Shown: positions 12,384-25,334 of the stretch, in pieces | Numbering within the stretch: the stretch's first letter is position 1 | Layout of the letters: every line of letters begins with the position of its first letter | Assembly (NCBI GenBank): GCA_963514005.1 | Contig: OY740800.1 | Location: 30,256,001 to 30,320,000 of the forward strand | Length of the DNA: 64,000 bases | DNA from: Raja brachyura | Lineage: Eukaryota | Direction of reading: 5' to 3' | Translations under genes and position numbers: made by a program | The notes under the pieces: generated by a model | The model's database searches: none | Told to the model about the DNA's origin: nothing | Seen by the model: the letters and a program-made list of their open reading frames with translations, nothing else

Positions 12384-14763
12384 CTGTGGGGGTGAAATGC
12401 AGAACAGCAAGATAATATTTTATTCCTTCCATCTCATGTTGTTAGTTGCATAATCTAAAAGTGGGATTGTTTGTAATGTTGCAAACTGTACCACTTGTAT
12501 GGATTCATTTACAAATGACATTGTTTTCCCTCTATAAAACAGAATTTTATAGAGGAAACTACAGCAATAAAGCAGGACATTCTCTGCAGTAACATGCAAA
12601 TTATATATTTCAATCTGACCGCTTTACTGCCTCTTTAAATTAGTGGAATTGCCCAATCATACCCATACTTCAGAATAGTGCTGTCACTGCATGTGGCTTT
12701 CCAGAAAATATTGCAAACTAATTAAATTACTGGTTAAATTATACCTGCAGATCTGCAAAATGCAACCTGCACTTTGGAAGTTATCAATATACTGTAAACA
12801 AAATATCACAATCCGTGCAGGAAACAGTCTGAAGAAGGATCCTGAACCAAAGGTTGCCTGTGTGTTCACTCCAGATGCTGCCTGACCCATAGTTCATCCA
12901 TGACTTTGTGCATTGTACAGTAAAGTTTAGTTACCTGCATTCACGTTGATCAATCACCAGTCAACAATAATGACAGAAAGAAGAGACTGAATAACAAATA
13001 GTTTCATTGTAGCACCACTACTTGTCCGAACTTGCTTGTGCAAGAATGAAGACGCAAAAAATAATTTAGGAAGAAAATGCTTCAACTACTCTAAACTATT
13101 AAAAAAATTATCAATCTTATGAAGGAGGAGCAGTAAAGCAATAACTTCTCATCTGAACAAAACGACCCTTCAATCTATTTGCTCTTGTACATTCATATTC
13201 AGGGTAACAAAGAGAGAGCCAGTCTAACATCTCAGGCTGGAAATTGTAAAATGAGGCAAGCAGAATAGTTCCTGAAATCAAATGAAACCCAAAAGTACTA
13301 AAATTGAAACCTTACAGCTCTGCAGGATACTGTTGCAATTTGATGGCAGTACCAATTTCCTGTTGCGTTATTTACACAGATGGGGAGCATTTTGCTGTTT
13401 CAGGAACACTTAAACATTTTATGCTGACATTGTTTTCAAAAGCGCAGCACATTAATTCCTTTCCTCTTCCTCCACCACGCAGAGGCCTTTTCCCATTTTT
13501 TCTGCATTTTCTGACTACCTCTCCACCCCATCCCCAACACATGAAAAATGTGAAATTCCTTACTTTGGTGGTATTGTTTGAAATGAGTCAAGATTTGTTA
13601 GAGTTGTTATTTAATGGGGCTTCAATACTCTCCACACTAATCTCCCTCCAATTTCTTCTTGGCCTTCATGAACTGCTCAGTATCCTACCTGATCCTCAAT
13701 CTCCTCTGAACCATTCAGAATTTATCACCAACCTCCCATTCCCTGCACTTTTACTCTTATCCTCAAACCTTCCTTCGAGCAACCTCAGCACCTCACCCAC
13801 CAGCTATTTTCCTTGCACCCCTTGATTCTCACTGTACCTCCACTCTTTCTCCTTGCATTATCTATCCTACACCAGTTATCCTAGCACCCCTAAAATCTAT
13901 GCCCACTCCACTAGGGTCTACTGGTTAGCAGCCCAGAGGTCTAAACTACTGATCTAAAACCATGAGTTTGAATTGCACTATGCCAGCTAAGGACTTTAAG
14001 TTCAAGTAATTAAATAAATCATCAATCTATCAATAAAAACAGTGCATATAAAACTACTAGATTGTCGTAATCACCAATCTGAATCATTAAATGTATTTTG
14101 GGGAAGGAAAACTGTTGACTGCCCTTACCCAGTCTGGTCAAAAAGACTCCAGATCCAACATGTGCTTTGACGACTGCTTCTTCTTTTCAAGCGGCAATTA
14201 CTGCTGGCCAATAAATAAAAAGAAAATAGTTGCAGGTATAGGCCATTCGGCCCTTCCTGCACCTGGCCGATCATCCAAAATAGTAAGATTAAACGAGAAC
14301 TTACCAGTTTGAAGTTTGATCTTTATTTTATGAGGAGTTGCGATGAGGGATTTCGTGAAGAACCCGCCAGCACGCATGCGCGACATTTTTCAAAGCAGCG
14401 GTGTGGAATCACAGAACCAACAAACAAAGAAAAGACTTGTTATAGTAAGATTGAAGAGACTCTAATTACCAGTTGACTTTATGATCGAGGGTTGGGAGCG
14501 GAGGGCACGAAATCCCTCATCGCAACTCCTCATAAAATAAAGATCAAACTTCAAACTGGTAAGTTCTCGTTTAATCTTACTATTTCATTTCGGAGTCACG
14601 TGAGTGACTTCGTGAAAACTTCAAAGCTCTGTGATTTCATGCCCTGGACAATGTCCATGCTGTCACACACGCCACTGTAAGGATGGATAGGAGTAAACAA
14701 ATTTTCAGACTGCTTGTACTGAAAAATAATAATATTTATTAATAACAACAAAGAAAAAACCCC

Positions 14764-15748
14764 TCACTGGGGAGTAGCTGTATGTTCTCGACCCGCATTC
14801 AGCACGGCCTCTGCGAACAATGCAGGAGCGGTAACAGGTTTATTATAAAACCGTTGAAAGGTGGCTTCTCTGGCCCATCCCGCTGTGGCAAGAATATGGT
14901 CCATGGGCACCTCCATGACCTTTGCCGCCGACGTCGATGCAGCCCTGGTGGAATGGGATTTAAAGACATTAGTGTCAATACCTGCTTCGTTCAAGACGAT
15001 CCTGAGCCATCTGGAGATCGTCTGTACCGTCACTCTATGGTGAGGTTTTTTTGTGGCTGATTAGCAGGTATTTTTCCATTCCCCTTAATTTCCGCGTCAC
15101 TCTTATATAGTGGCGGATATGGGTGGCTAAACATAGCGTAGCATCATCGGGGTATGCCGGAAACTCCAGCTGCAGCCCTGTGTATCCAGGTCTATGCTGC
15201 TTAAGTAATTCATCAACAAAGAAGATTACTTTTTCTGGGGTAGAGATCATTCTGTCAATCTTGACCTTGTGAAGTGTCTGTACCCTTTGTGCTGAAGTAA
15301 GTGCCAATAACATCACCAGCTTCAGGGTGAGTTTGTCCAATTCAAGCCCATCCATGGGCGACCACGTCCTGAGCAGGGTTAGTACTTTCCCAATATCCCA
15401 GGTGAAGTTGTAACGAGGTTTTGGCGGATTGGAATTAAATATTCCCCGCATAAGTTTGGACACCAGCTTATTGGATCCTACCTCAATATTGAGGTAGAAT
15501 GTTAGCGCACTCCTGGCGCTGTTGATGGCACTGTAGCTGAGGTGTTCGTCATGATGCAACCCCGCAAGGAATTCCAGCACATCTGTGATTGTAACGGAGT
15601 CGTATGTAATGTTGGAGCGGCCGCAGTAGGTTTCCCATTTCCTGATATGCGTCAGATATTGTCGTCTTGTGGATTCCCTGCATGATGCTCCAATTGTATC
15701 CATTGTCCTTGATGAGAGACCATACTGCAGTAATGGTCTGTTCAGAAC
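14764..15748 (-). pseudogene. DIRS tyrosine recombinase (one frameshift near 15050)
   Basis: LALTSAQRVQTL (catalytic R), FKSHSTRAAS (HxxR), AGW...TFQRFY (catalytic Y). Confidence 0.92.
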
Positions 15749-15764
15749 CTGCAAGCCAATAATT

Positions 15765-16200
15765 TCAAGTGATTATCAAGGGATGTTGTTCCCCTGAAAC
15801 AGGGTTCATCACCAATTGTGGGCAACCCTCTAAGAGGACCCATGGTTGACTGATCATATCAAGGACCACCGGATACCATGGCTGAGTAGGCCAGTCGGGT
15901 ATGACAAGAATGCCTTTAGCAGCATCTAGCTGGATTTTCCGCAATAACCGACTGATGAGGCAAAATGGAGGTAATGCATAGAAAAACCATTTCCCCCAGT
16001 CTAGCGAGAAAGCGTCCATCGTCCAGGATCTGGCTCCCATGATACGTATGTTTGTACCTGATGGTTCAACCATGACGCAAAAAGGTCAATATCCGGTTTA
16101 CCAAATTTGGCTGTAATTTTTGCGAATATTTGGGGATTTAACATCCACTCGATGTTGTCATTAAATTTCCGTGACCTGGTGTCCGCCACTGTATTGAGCT
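15765..16200 (-). pseudogene. DIRS N6-adenine methyltransferase-like domain
   Basis: PDIDLFAS, DAFSLDW, YALPPF, LVIPDWPTQPWY. Confidence 0.85.
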
Positions 16201-17660
16201 TACCTGGTAAATAGGTAGCTGAAATCCAAATATTCCGTTGTATGCACTAGAGCCAAATTGTATTTGCCAATTCATCACATGAAATTGACCTGGTACCACC
16301 CATATGATTTAGATATGCCACCGCAGTGGTATTGTCTATTTGGAGACGGACATGAGTGTCAGTAAAGTTTGAACAATAAGCTCTAAGTCCGTGGAATGCT
16401 CCTAGCATCTCCAAATAATTTATCCCTTGTGATAACAACAGGGTAGATTCAAGGGTGTCCCATCTGCCTCCGCAACTAGTGTAGTTGTCCGTAGCTCCCC
16501 AGCCATGGGAGCTTGCGTCTGTTTGTAAGTATACCACCGGACAAGGCACAATGATGGGTTTAAATGAGTTATGGATATTATCAATCCACCATTGTAACTC
16601 AATTTTTGCCTTAAGGGGCAGCTGCATAGGTCTATCAACATGTCCAGCATTCAATTTTAACGCTGAAATCTTGGATCTTTGCAAATTTTGATAATGCAAA
16701 GGTCCGAATTGAGCAGCTGGAAAAACTGCTACGATTTTCCCAATCACCTTGCAGTTTGTCTAATTGATGGTATACTGGCACAGACCAGGTTCTTACATGC
16801 TTGAATGATATCCCCAACTTTGTTAGTTGGTATGGTGGCAATCATGCGATTGGAATCCACCGTGAATCCCAGATAGTCCATGATCTGTGAAGGACAGAAC
16901 TTTGATTTATCTGGATGGATAATAAATCCCATTTTTTGAAATATTTCCACAGTGGCTGAAACTGCCAATTTTGCTGATTCCAGTGTATTCCCAATGATTA
17001 GGATATCATCCAGGTAAGCCATAACCGTATGATTTTGCCTCCTCAGTGTTGCCAGCACTGGCTTGAGTTATTTAGTAAACAATCTGGGGGCTGTGGTAAG
17101 CCCATTAGGCAAAGCTTTGTATTGCCAAAGCTGATCCATCCAGGTAAACTTCAAGAAATTCCTGTGATGTTTCAGAATGGATACTGAATAGTATGCATCT
17201 TTTAAATCAATGCATGCCATGAAGCAGCCCTCAGAAATCAAAGATTTGGCTGTTTCGAACATGTCCATTTTGAAATGGGTATATTTTACAAAAGTATTCA
17301 AATGGGTTAGATCTATAATGACCCGACACCCACCATCTTGCTTGGTTTTCGTGAATATATTGGATACAAATTCAATTGGTTCGTGTATAGTTCTTTCTAT
17401 CACGCCTTTCCCTTGTAGTCTCAAGATTTCAGCATAGCCTACTGCTGTTTCCTTCCTGGAAAGTGCAAATTTGCAATTCGGCATATGCCGAGGTGGAGGA
17501 ATTTGACCATTTATGAACTCAATCTCATGGCCTTGAATACTTTGTAAGATAAACTCATCTGAGGTGATGGTTTCCCATGCCTCCTTAAAAAACCGTAGTC
17601 TACCCCCAACATGTGAGGTTAGACATGCAAGTGAATGAAATCCAGACCGCCTTACATTCA
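16200..17660 (-). pseudogene. DIRS reverse transcriptase / RNase H (frameshifted)
   Basis: IDLKDAYY, ALPNGL, AYLDDILI, QTDASSHGWG, INYLEM, IDNTTAVAY. Confidence 0.93.
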
Positions 17661-17663
17661 TGG

Positions 17664-19400
17664 CTATCGGCGGTCCCTGACATGTTTGGTGGGACGTGGA
17701 GGTGCTGGGTTGTGCTGGTGATGCGGAGCCCGCATTTTCCATGCTGGCCGCTGTGGGCCTTGCCCTAAAAAAGGCCTGGGCTGTTGAGGCTGTTGGTATT
17801 GTGGAGGCGCCGGAACGTAGGTCCTTGCTGGCCTTTCGGTTTGACCTCGTGGCCTGAAATATGATGTTTTCCTGGCCGTTTGTCTGGTCAAGGTGTGTGA
17901 CCTCATAAGACCCACTGTCTTGGCATGGTCATCTAAATCCTTGACCTGTTTCGGGAGGTCTTCTCCGAATAGCTGTCTGGGTGGTGGTGTTGGGGGTGCT
18001 CTGCATAGCCCCGCAAATTTGGGGTTTAATGTAGGCTTGATAATGCTTTTCCGGAACGCATTTATCTCATATTGCGTGTTGCATAGCAGTGCCAGAGCAT
18101 CCTCCTGTTTGGTGTTCAAGTCCACACCGTCCACCGACCTCGCAAAAGCGATAATCCCAGATGTGAGCAGTTTCAGGATCCTTTGTAACTTCACTTCCTG
18201 TGCTCTAATGCCCGGGCTAATATTGCCCCAAATAGGCATGTTCACAATAGGCACATTGAGCAAGTTGCAATTACCCGGTGCCTTGTGTCTGTTCATGGCC
18301 TCCGCAAGGACCTGATCTTGTCGCTGATGGTTGGTGAGGAAATCAATGGTAGCGGCCAGTTTGGTATTGAGGGGTTGTCCCAATGATTCGGGTAATGCAA
18401 ACTTGGCTGCCACGTCCAGGAGTTCCTCCTGAGGGACCTCAGGTGCTACTGGTGCGTGTACCAAGATCTCCTCTTCTTCTGGATGCCTCATGATGATGGG
18501 GATATATCCATGAGTCCCCTGGAACTGAATGTTTCCCGCCTTTGATTTTGCTGCAGGATTTGTTCCATAATTCTCTCCATCCGATCAATACGCCCTTCGT
18601 CATGCGAGAACGGGCGGTTAGAGTCCTCATGCCCGAAGGAACTTCTGAGGCTCCTATCATCGGCCCGTACCTCGTCGAGGTAATCTCGGTGCCGAGATGA
18701 AAAGTCGCTTCCAGCCGCTTCAGCGAAACTGAACGACTCCCGCGCGGATCTGCTCATGCGCCTCCTTTTGGCTGAGCTAGGCCCGGCTGCCTCTAAGGGC
18801 ATATGCGGTGTGAGGTCGGCACCAAACGCCGCAGCGTGGTGACCCGACATCCGCGCGGGCTTGCCGACTGTCGTTTTCCTGGACCCAGACGGCGTACGGT
18901 CCCATCCTGCCGCCAACGGGGGGGCGCGGTGACCGTGACGAGACTCCACCTGTGTGACTCCTCCTGGTCCAACTAGGTGGTGAGTCTACTCTGGCCCTCC
19001 CTGGTCTGCCAGTGGACTCGGGTCTCGCTGATCCACCAGTCCGCAATCTAGCGGCCTCTGGTGAAACCTCTGCCCGAAAAGGGCTAGGTTGTCGAGCTCT
19101 ATCCCTGGCTCTTCCACGAGTGCTCAGGGAGAAGGGCCTGATGCGAGCACGTGAAACCCGTTTGCTCGCATCAGACAACGATCCTGTTGGTGATAATGAA
19201 ATGGAGTCAGGGTCTACCTGCTCCGGCGCCGTACCGACTTGCTGCTCTGCGGGAACCCCGCTAGTGCTCAGCTGTGTCACTGGGTCGGGTCCTGTGAATA
19301 CAGGGCTCCCCGATTTACGCGCCTTTTTCCCGGCCCGTCTAGTGGGTACTGCCGTTGAAGAGGGCTCCGGGATAGGTGGCCGGTTGGAGAAAAAAATACT
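17664..19400 (-). pseudogene. DIRS gag-like ORF1 (broken into 2-3 frames)
   Basis: ORFs 17664-18491 and 18488-18949 upstream of RT, between the left ITR and pol. Confidence 0.7.
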
Positions 19401-20674
19401 CAAAACAGCAGGAACAACCAACTCAAGGTTGCCTGTACTTACCCGAGTGGCCCTTATGAAGGGCTGGTGGTGAGCCACGCTCCACTTCCAGCCGTCGACT
19501 GCAATGCGTAGCGACGATATGTCGCGCATGCGTGCTGGCGGGTTCTTCACGAAGTCACTCACGTGACTCTGAAATGAAATTAGTACCTGTTCCTGCTTTC
19601 TCCCCATATCCCTTGATTTGGTTAGCCCCAAGCGCTATATTGAACTCTCTCTTGAACACATCAAGTGAATTGCCCTCCACTGCCTTCTGTGGCACAGAAT
19701 TCCAGATTCACAACTCTCCTCATCTTAATCCTAAACGGCCTACGCCTATTCTTATACAGTGACCCCGGTTCTGGATTTTTTTCCTGCATCTAGCCAGTGA
19801 AAATACCCTCTCATCCTTCTAAATCCTGCGTCCACTTCCCAGAAAAAGTATCTGAATTTAAGGAAAGTTACCTTCTTTTGCCACCATCTCCATAGACACC
19901 AATCTTTCAACTGCCATTTTCCCCACCTTCTGTCTTTTTCTTGGCCATCTGTCCCCCAACCCCATCATCTACCTACCATGGGACTTTCTCTCCAGAGCAC
20001 TCTCCATGATTTCCACTGCAGTGAGTGACTGCATTAGGAAGTTCTTTGGTTGACTTTACATAGGCAAGTCCTGTTCCACCATACACCTCAATAAGCATTG
20101 TGTTCAGTAAGCAATGGCAAGTGCAATCCACACCATATCTGTACAATGGATGAAATCACGCATTATAGACTTTCTATCTCAGCATCTTCAGCAGAGAAAA
20201 CAAAAGGAGGATAACTAACAAATGACAAAATGCTGGAGTAACTCAGCAATTCGGGCAGCATCCCTGGAGAACATGGATGGTATTAAGGAGGATAACTACT
20301 TTTTATAATAGAATCATCTCAATGAATCTACAAACATTGAGATATGGGACCAAAAGATAGCAGTGACAAACTGAAATTTCACTGACCCTTAACTGGTACA
20401 TGTGACAATAAACTGACCTCGAAACCTTGAAAAGTTGTACCCGTGTAAACTGTTAAGGCTTATATCAGCCTTTGCTGAAAATTGAAGAGTCATGTTAAGT
20501 ATCTCCACGCAAAGTACAGATAACTTTCATGATACCAGAGATGCGTAGCTTGGTTCGATAACAGGTTGGGAGCTGAGACACAGGATTTTTTCCAGTATCT
20601 GGAAATTTAAACAAATCTATTCCAGCTCCTGTAATATGAAAGGAATTTGTATTTCTGAAATCCAGCCAACATAC

Positions 20675-20759
20675 CATGTTCTTATCCAAGTACGCCATCC
20701 TTTCCTGCAGCTCTGGCGAGTTCACATTGGGAAATGGCATTCCAATCATCACCACGCAC
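20675..20759 (-). CDS. DDX11: DDX11 exon ([28 protein letters not shown])
   Basis: cttacag/gtatgt, 85 nt. Confidence 0.96.
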
Positions 20760-22053
20760 CTGTAAGACACATGCAAATGTTCTGATCAAGTCCAGTTCAG
20801 GCAGAAGGGACCCTGGTCTTCAATCCTTGCAAATAACCTCGCATGTCAAAACCCAAGAACTACTGGGAACTTAAAGCAACTGTGCGGAAGGCTCCAGATC
20901 CCACACTCATGCAGTTACTGCCGACATATTCTGAGCTTTCAAATCCCTCTGCGGCCTTGAAATTGAATTCCTGGCAGATCTCAATATCTGTTTATAGCTC
21001 AGTTAAAATCCTTCAAAATAGGCAGTGTTAAAATTGTGTATTAACCTTTTTATAAATCATCTGAAATTTACTAAATTGATGGCAATGTGCAAGTTATTCT
21101 TGTAATGCAAATAGAGTGATGAATGGAATATATCCCAATAATAAGTTTGAGCAATGAAATGTGCAGCAGAGATGAAGTAAAGAAATCGCAGAACAACAAA
21201 TCTTTTTCCGCATTAGTTCTGTGCTTCTCAAAGAGATATCCACCCGGGGCCCAACTCCTTTGCTCTTACCTGCAATTATTTCTCCCATTAATTCATCTAA
21301 ACTCATTTTGTGTGCTATTGGTGAATCTGTATCAACCATAATCTATGTGTTACATGAAAAAGATTTTCCTCGACATTATTTCTGATTCTTTTCCAATCAT
21401 ATTGAATATACGTTCTCTGTTATTCATCCTTCAGCCACTAAAACTTTCATGGTTTTAAAAATACAATCAAACCTTCAGCATAAAGAGTAAACAATTGGTG
21501 CGAACAATCTTGAAGATCCAGTATCTAGGCAACGATCATGACATGAATTCTCTGGCACTGTCAAGTTATGCTCAATCATGCCCTGCCCACTGATAGTCAA
21601 GAACAAAGGAGAACTTACCAAGGACAGAGCAGCAGACAGTGACTGCTAGAAGAAACATTTTGATGGTCTTCTCAATCTTGACACAGCTGTTCTCGACTCT
21701 GTAGTGCACTACCCACCTCAATCTCAGCCCTATCCCACCCTGGCAAGAGATTGAAAAGACCATCTAATATTTGGGGAAAAAAAAACGAGACCGTGGCAAT
21801 AGACAACATTCTTGGGACTCCCTAAACATGGTGACCAGGTACATGAATACAATCCTTGACACATAATTCATTTGGGACAATGGAGATCCACTATTGCAAC
21901 ACTTTTATTGGATCTCATGTGGAGTAGGCCCAGGAGCTAATGCTGATGCCCTCCCTTCGTTCACATTGAGAGGGAAAGCAAAACCCAACAGTAGCAGCAT
22001 TTCTGATGGGGTTGGACAAAGAACTTTGGAGTTATTAGATTTTTAATTCCTAC

Positions 22054-22154
22054 CTGCCCAGGTCATCGGAGAAGTTGATTCCTTCGCTCATCTTTCCCCC
22101 AACAACAGATAAGAGCAGAGCCCCGGTGATCGGGCCTGGTGTTTCGCTTGCGTG
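22054..22154 (-). CDS. DDX11: DDX11 exon ([34 protein letters not shown]), motif V
   Basis: caccag/gtagga, 101 nt. Confidence 0.96.
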
Positions 22155-22324
22155 CTGGTGGTCATTAAATATAACAGTTACTTTTGCAGGCATGGGGCTC
22201 AAAATGTACAGCAAACGTCACTTCCCTCTCCAAAACAAGATAAATCAATGTTTCTTCTCAATCACTATACAACTTTGATCCTTGCCACTTCTACAACGAA
22301 ACAAAGATAGAGATGCTCGACAAA

Positions 22325-22920
22325 ACAGACACAAAGCGCTGGGGTAACTCAGTGGGGCAGGCAGTATCTCTGGAGAGAATGGAGGGGTGATGATTTGGGT
22401 CGGGGCCCTTCTTCAGACTGATTGTGTGGGGGCTGGGGGGGGGGGGGGGATAGAAACTGGACCAAGAAAACACCAAAACAATTAAGGGCCGGCAATAGAT
22501 TACCTCAGGTACGCAGGTTCCCCGATTGGCCAATTGTTCGCTAGAGACAATGCAATCCCAAGAGGGAATCATCATTATGAACTGTGAAACTAGTTATCCA
22601 TCTTTTCATCTTTTCATGGAGAAGGGGTGGGGAAGGTGGGAGGAGAGTGAGGGGAGTGGGTTACCTAAAATTAAATAATTCAACATTCATACTGCTTGGT
22701 TGTAAGCAACCCAAGCAAAATATGCGGTGCTGTTCCTCCAATTTGTGAGAGTCTTCACTCTGGCATTGGAGATGGACCAGGACAGAAAGGTCAGTATGAG
22801 AATCCTAAGAGGAGTTAAAGTGGTTAGCTATTGGAAGATCCAGTAAGCTTTGGCGGGCCAAGTGTAAGTATTCAGTGAAACGGTAGCCAAGTCAAAGCTT
22901 TGTCTCAACAATTTACAGGA
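22325..22920 (-). mobile_element. Penelope-like element 3' fragment with pLTR
   Basis: Reverse complement of the GIY-YIG C-terminus (aaattggaggaacagcacc...) and tail gtctgaagaaggggccccgaccc. Confidence 0.7.
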
Positions 22921-23784
22921 GGTACAGGAGAAATAGAAAATGCTGGAAATACACAGGTCAGGCAGCATCTGTGGAAAGTGATACAATCAATGTTTCAGGT
23001 TCATGAGCTTGCATCGGATTTGGGAAAAATAGAAATGGATCGTTTTAAGTAGCAGGATGGAGAGGAAGGGAATATCTGTGAATTATGTGAAAAATATTCT
23101 GTGAAAAATGGTGCTGGTCAGTTAATCACAGTTCAATCTGCCTATTCAGAACACTGTTGCTGTTCCACCAGAACACCAAAGAAAAACTAATTTTCTGACT
23201 CGCCACATTACCGCCTTAAGGAGCTTGCAATTAATTCAAGGATTTCAGACAACTGGCATTTGCAGACCGTTTAAGAACTGATTAGTTCTGATGAATGGTT
23301 AACCTCCATTAACATCAACAGATTTTCTCTCACCACAGATATTAACTGAAATGCTGATTATTTCCAGCATCATCTATTTCAATTCCACATCCACAGGATT
23401 TTCGTTTGTACACATCGGTTGATTGCATTAGTCGAAACAGGGTGGACCACGTGAAGGTTGCATCAGGAAACTTGCAGGCAACAGCTGGGGATCCAATGCA
23501 CACACCCTCCATACCGCAAGCTTAGCCCATGTCTACTCAACAGCCGAGTTTTGCTCAACAGCTTGGGCTAATAGCTGCCACACCAAACGAGTTGACACTG
23601 TCCTTAACTTTGCAATGCGGATCATCACAACTTTATGCTGTGCACGCCATACGCAAGTAGTAGTATTTTTGTTACTACATTCAAGCCACTTTCTGTATTT
23701 TTCGGTTTCCATTCATCATTTGTGAGTGAGCAGCCTTCACCATTCTCTCACTCAGCACCACTAACAGTTAAACCATACTGACTA

Positions 23785-25173
23785 CCGTATTTCCCAATCC
23801 TATTTTTGACCCCAAATTGAGGCACAAAAATCTACCTGCGTCTTGGAGGCTGAAGGCTAGATTGTTAGCCAAGAAAGATAGACTTGGGCCACTTATAAAA
23901 CATTGGGGGGGGGGGGGGGGGGGGAAGTGGGGAAAGACACAAAATGAGGCCTAAGATAGGGGTCGGCTACCTATGGCCCAGATACGTCAGCAACAAGAAT
24001 TCAAGCGAGCCGACCCGGGAACTGCAGCCATTTGCGGGGCATTTGGCCGTCGTGGGTGTCACAACCAGACTTGGGGCGAGCCAGCCGACCTTGGCACGCA
24101 GGCTTTGGAGGTGTGTGGCAGTTGTCGGTCAAGTGAGAATAAGAATGCTACTGCCTTGTCAACAGAAGCACAAAAAAAAAAATCAGTTGGTATTATTTTT
24201 GAAATTCTCATTATCCCTGTTTTTGATTTGGCTCAGAGGGGACCAGCTCAAGAGCAAAGATCATAGAGTGGAGCGGGTCAGCGGGCGATGGATAACAGGA
24301 CAGCGTGTGATGGAGTTTACTCCTGTGTCAGCGCGAGTAATCTCAATTTTGGTCGCCTAATTATAGGAAGGATGTCAACAAAATAGAGAGTACAGAGGAG
24401 ATTTACTAGAATGTTGCCTGGGTTCCAGCAACTAAGTTACAGACAAAGGTTGAACAAGTTGGGTCTTTATTCTTTGGAGCGCAGAAGGTTTGGGGGGGGG
24501 GGGGGGGTGGGGGGGACTGGACTTGATTGAGGTCTTTAAAATGATGAAAGGGTTAGACAGAGTTGACGTGGATAAGCTTTTCCCATTGAGGGTAGGGAAG
24601 ATTCAAACAAGAGGGCATGACATTAGAATTAAGGGACAGAAGTTTAGGGGTAACATGAGGGGGAACTTCTTTACTCAGAGAGTGGTGGCTGTGTGGAATG
24701 ATCTTCCTGCAGAAGTGGTGGAGGCAGGATCGATTTTAACATTTAAAAGTAAAGTGGATAGGTATATGGACAGGAAGTGAATGGAGGGGTATGGTCGTAG
24801 TGCAGGTAGATGGGACAAGGGGAAAATGAATGGTCGGCACGGACTGGAAGGGCCGAGAAGGCCTGTTTCCGTGCTGTAATTGTTATATGGTTATATGGTA
24901 ATTTGTCCTTTGAACTAGTATTGTCATTGAATAAGATCACAACTGATTCAACTTGGTGTGCTCCCGGTTTTCCCACCATCTCTCCACCTGCCGTCACCCT
25001 CCACCCCCCAACCATTCAGAATGGAGGAGATCTGGAAGCCTTGGGCAAATTGAATTGTTACTTTAATTTAATTTTTAAATTTTTTTGAGAATGAGAAATT
25101 ATGCCCCGCCAGCCTTTTTTCAAAATTTAGCAACCCAAAATGGGGGGTGCGTCTTCATTGCCGGGAAATACGG
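23785..25173. mobile_element. Tc2/pogo-like non-autonomous DNA transposon with a nested CR1
   Basis: TA|CCGTATTTCCC ... GGGAAATACGG|TA terminal inverted repeat with TA TSD. Confidence 0.7.
24345..24900 (+). mobile_element. CR1 LINE 3' fragment
   Basis: DLIEVFKMMKGLDRVD...TRGH...FFTQRVVAVWN; tail gttatatggttatatggt. Confidence 0.85.
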
Positions 25174-25334
25174 TATATGCAGCATTTTCTGCTTTTATCT
25201 AAAAACAGAGGTTTTGCTGGAAATGTTAGCTCTTACAAGAGGTAGGGGAGACCACCAGGCACCTTGTTGAGATCTGTTTATCCGTGCTGTGTATGACAAC
25301 CTATCCTACATTAATTGTCCAATATCGTTACCTA

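Larger units (their letters stand above)
14278..19580 (-). mobile_element. DIRS1-type tyrosine-recombinase retrotransposon, full length, a few frameshifts
   Basis: ITRs (~14352-14387 vs ~19519-19553), right extension 14278-14359, internal complementary region 14506-14616 pairing with both ends; gag, RT, RNase H, MT and YR ORFs inside. Confidence 0.95.
14218..19830 (-). mobile_element. CR1 3' fragment split by the DIRS insertion (14218-14277 and 19581-19830)
   Basis: gccgatcatcc[DIRS]tagtacctgttcctgc rejoins to match the CR1 3'UTR seen at ~6253-6290. Confidence 0.7.

Noticed and set aside
13304-13825. 173-aa plus-strand ORF
   Set aside because: Non-ATG start, low-complexity pyrimidine-rich sequence, probably the antisense of an old LINE fragment
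14278-14616. Repeated ~80-bp sequences (also 54921-55259) as a CRISPR array, phage att site or independent ncRNA
   Set aside because: They are inverted, not spaced direct repeats, and are fully explained by DIRS ITR/ICR architecture
14764-17742. RT + adenine methylase + integrase as a prophage or bacterial retron/defence contamination
   Set aside because: Domain order and termini are those of DIRS1 retrotransposons, embedded in a eukaryotic intron
18777-19631. 284-aa minus-strand ORF and 153-aa plus-strand ORF as host genes
   Set aside because: GC-rich DIRS leader/gag region; the longer ORF starts in flanking CR1 sequence and crosses the element end
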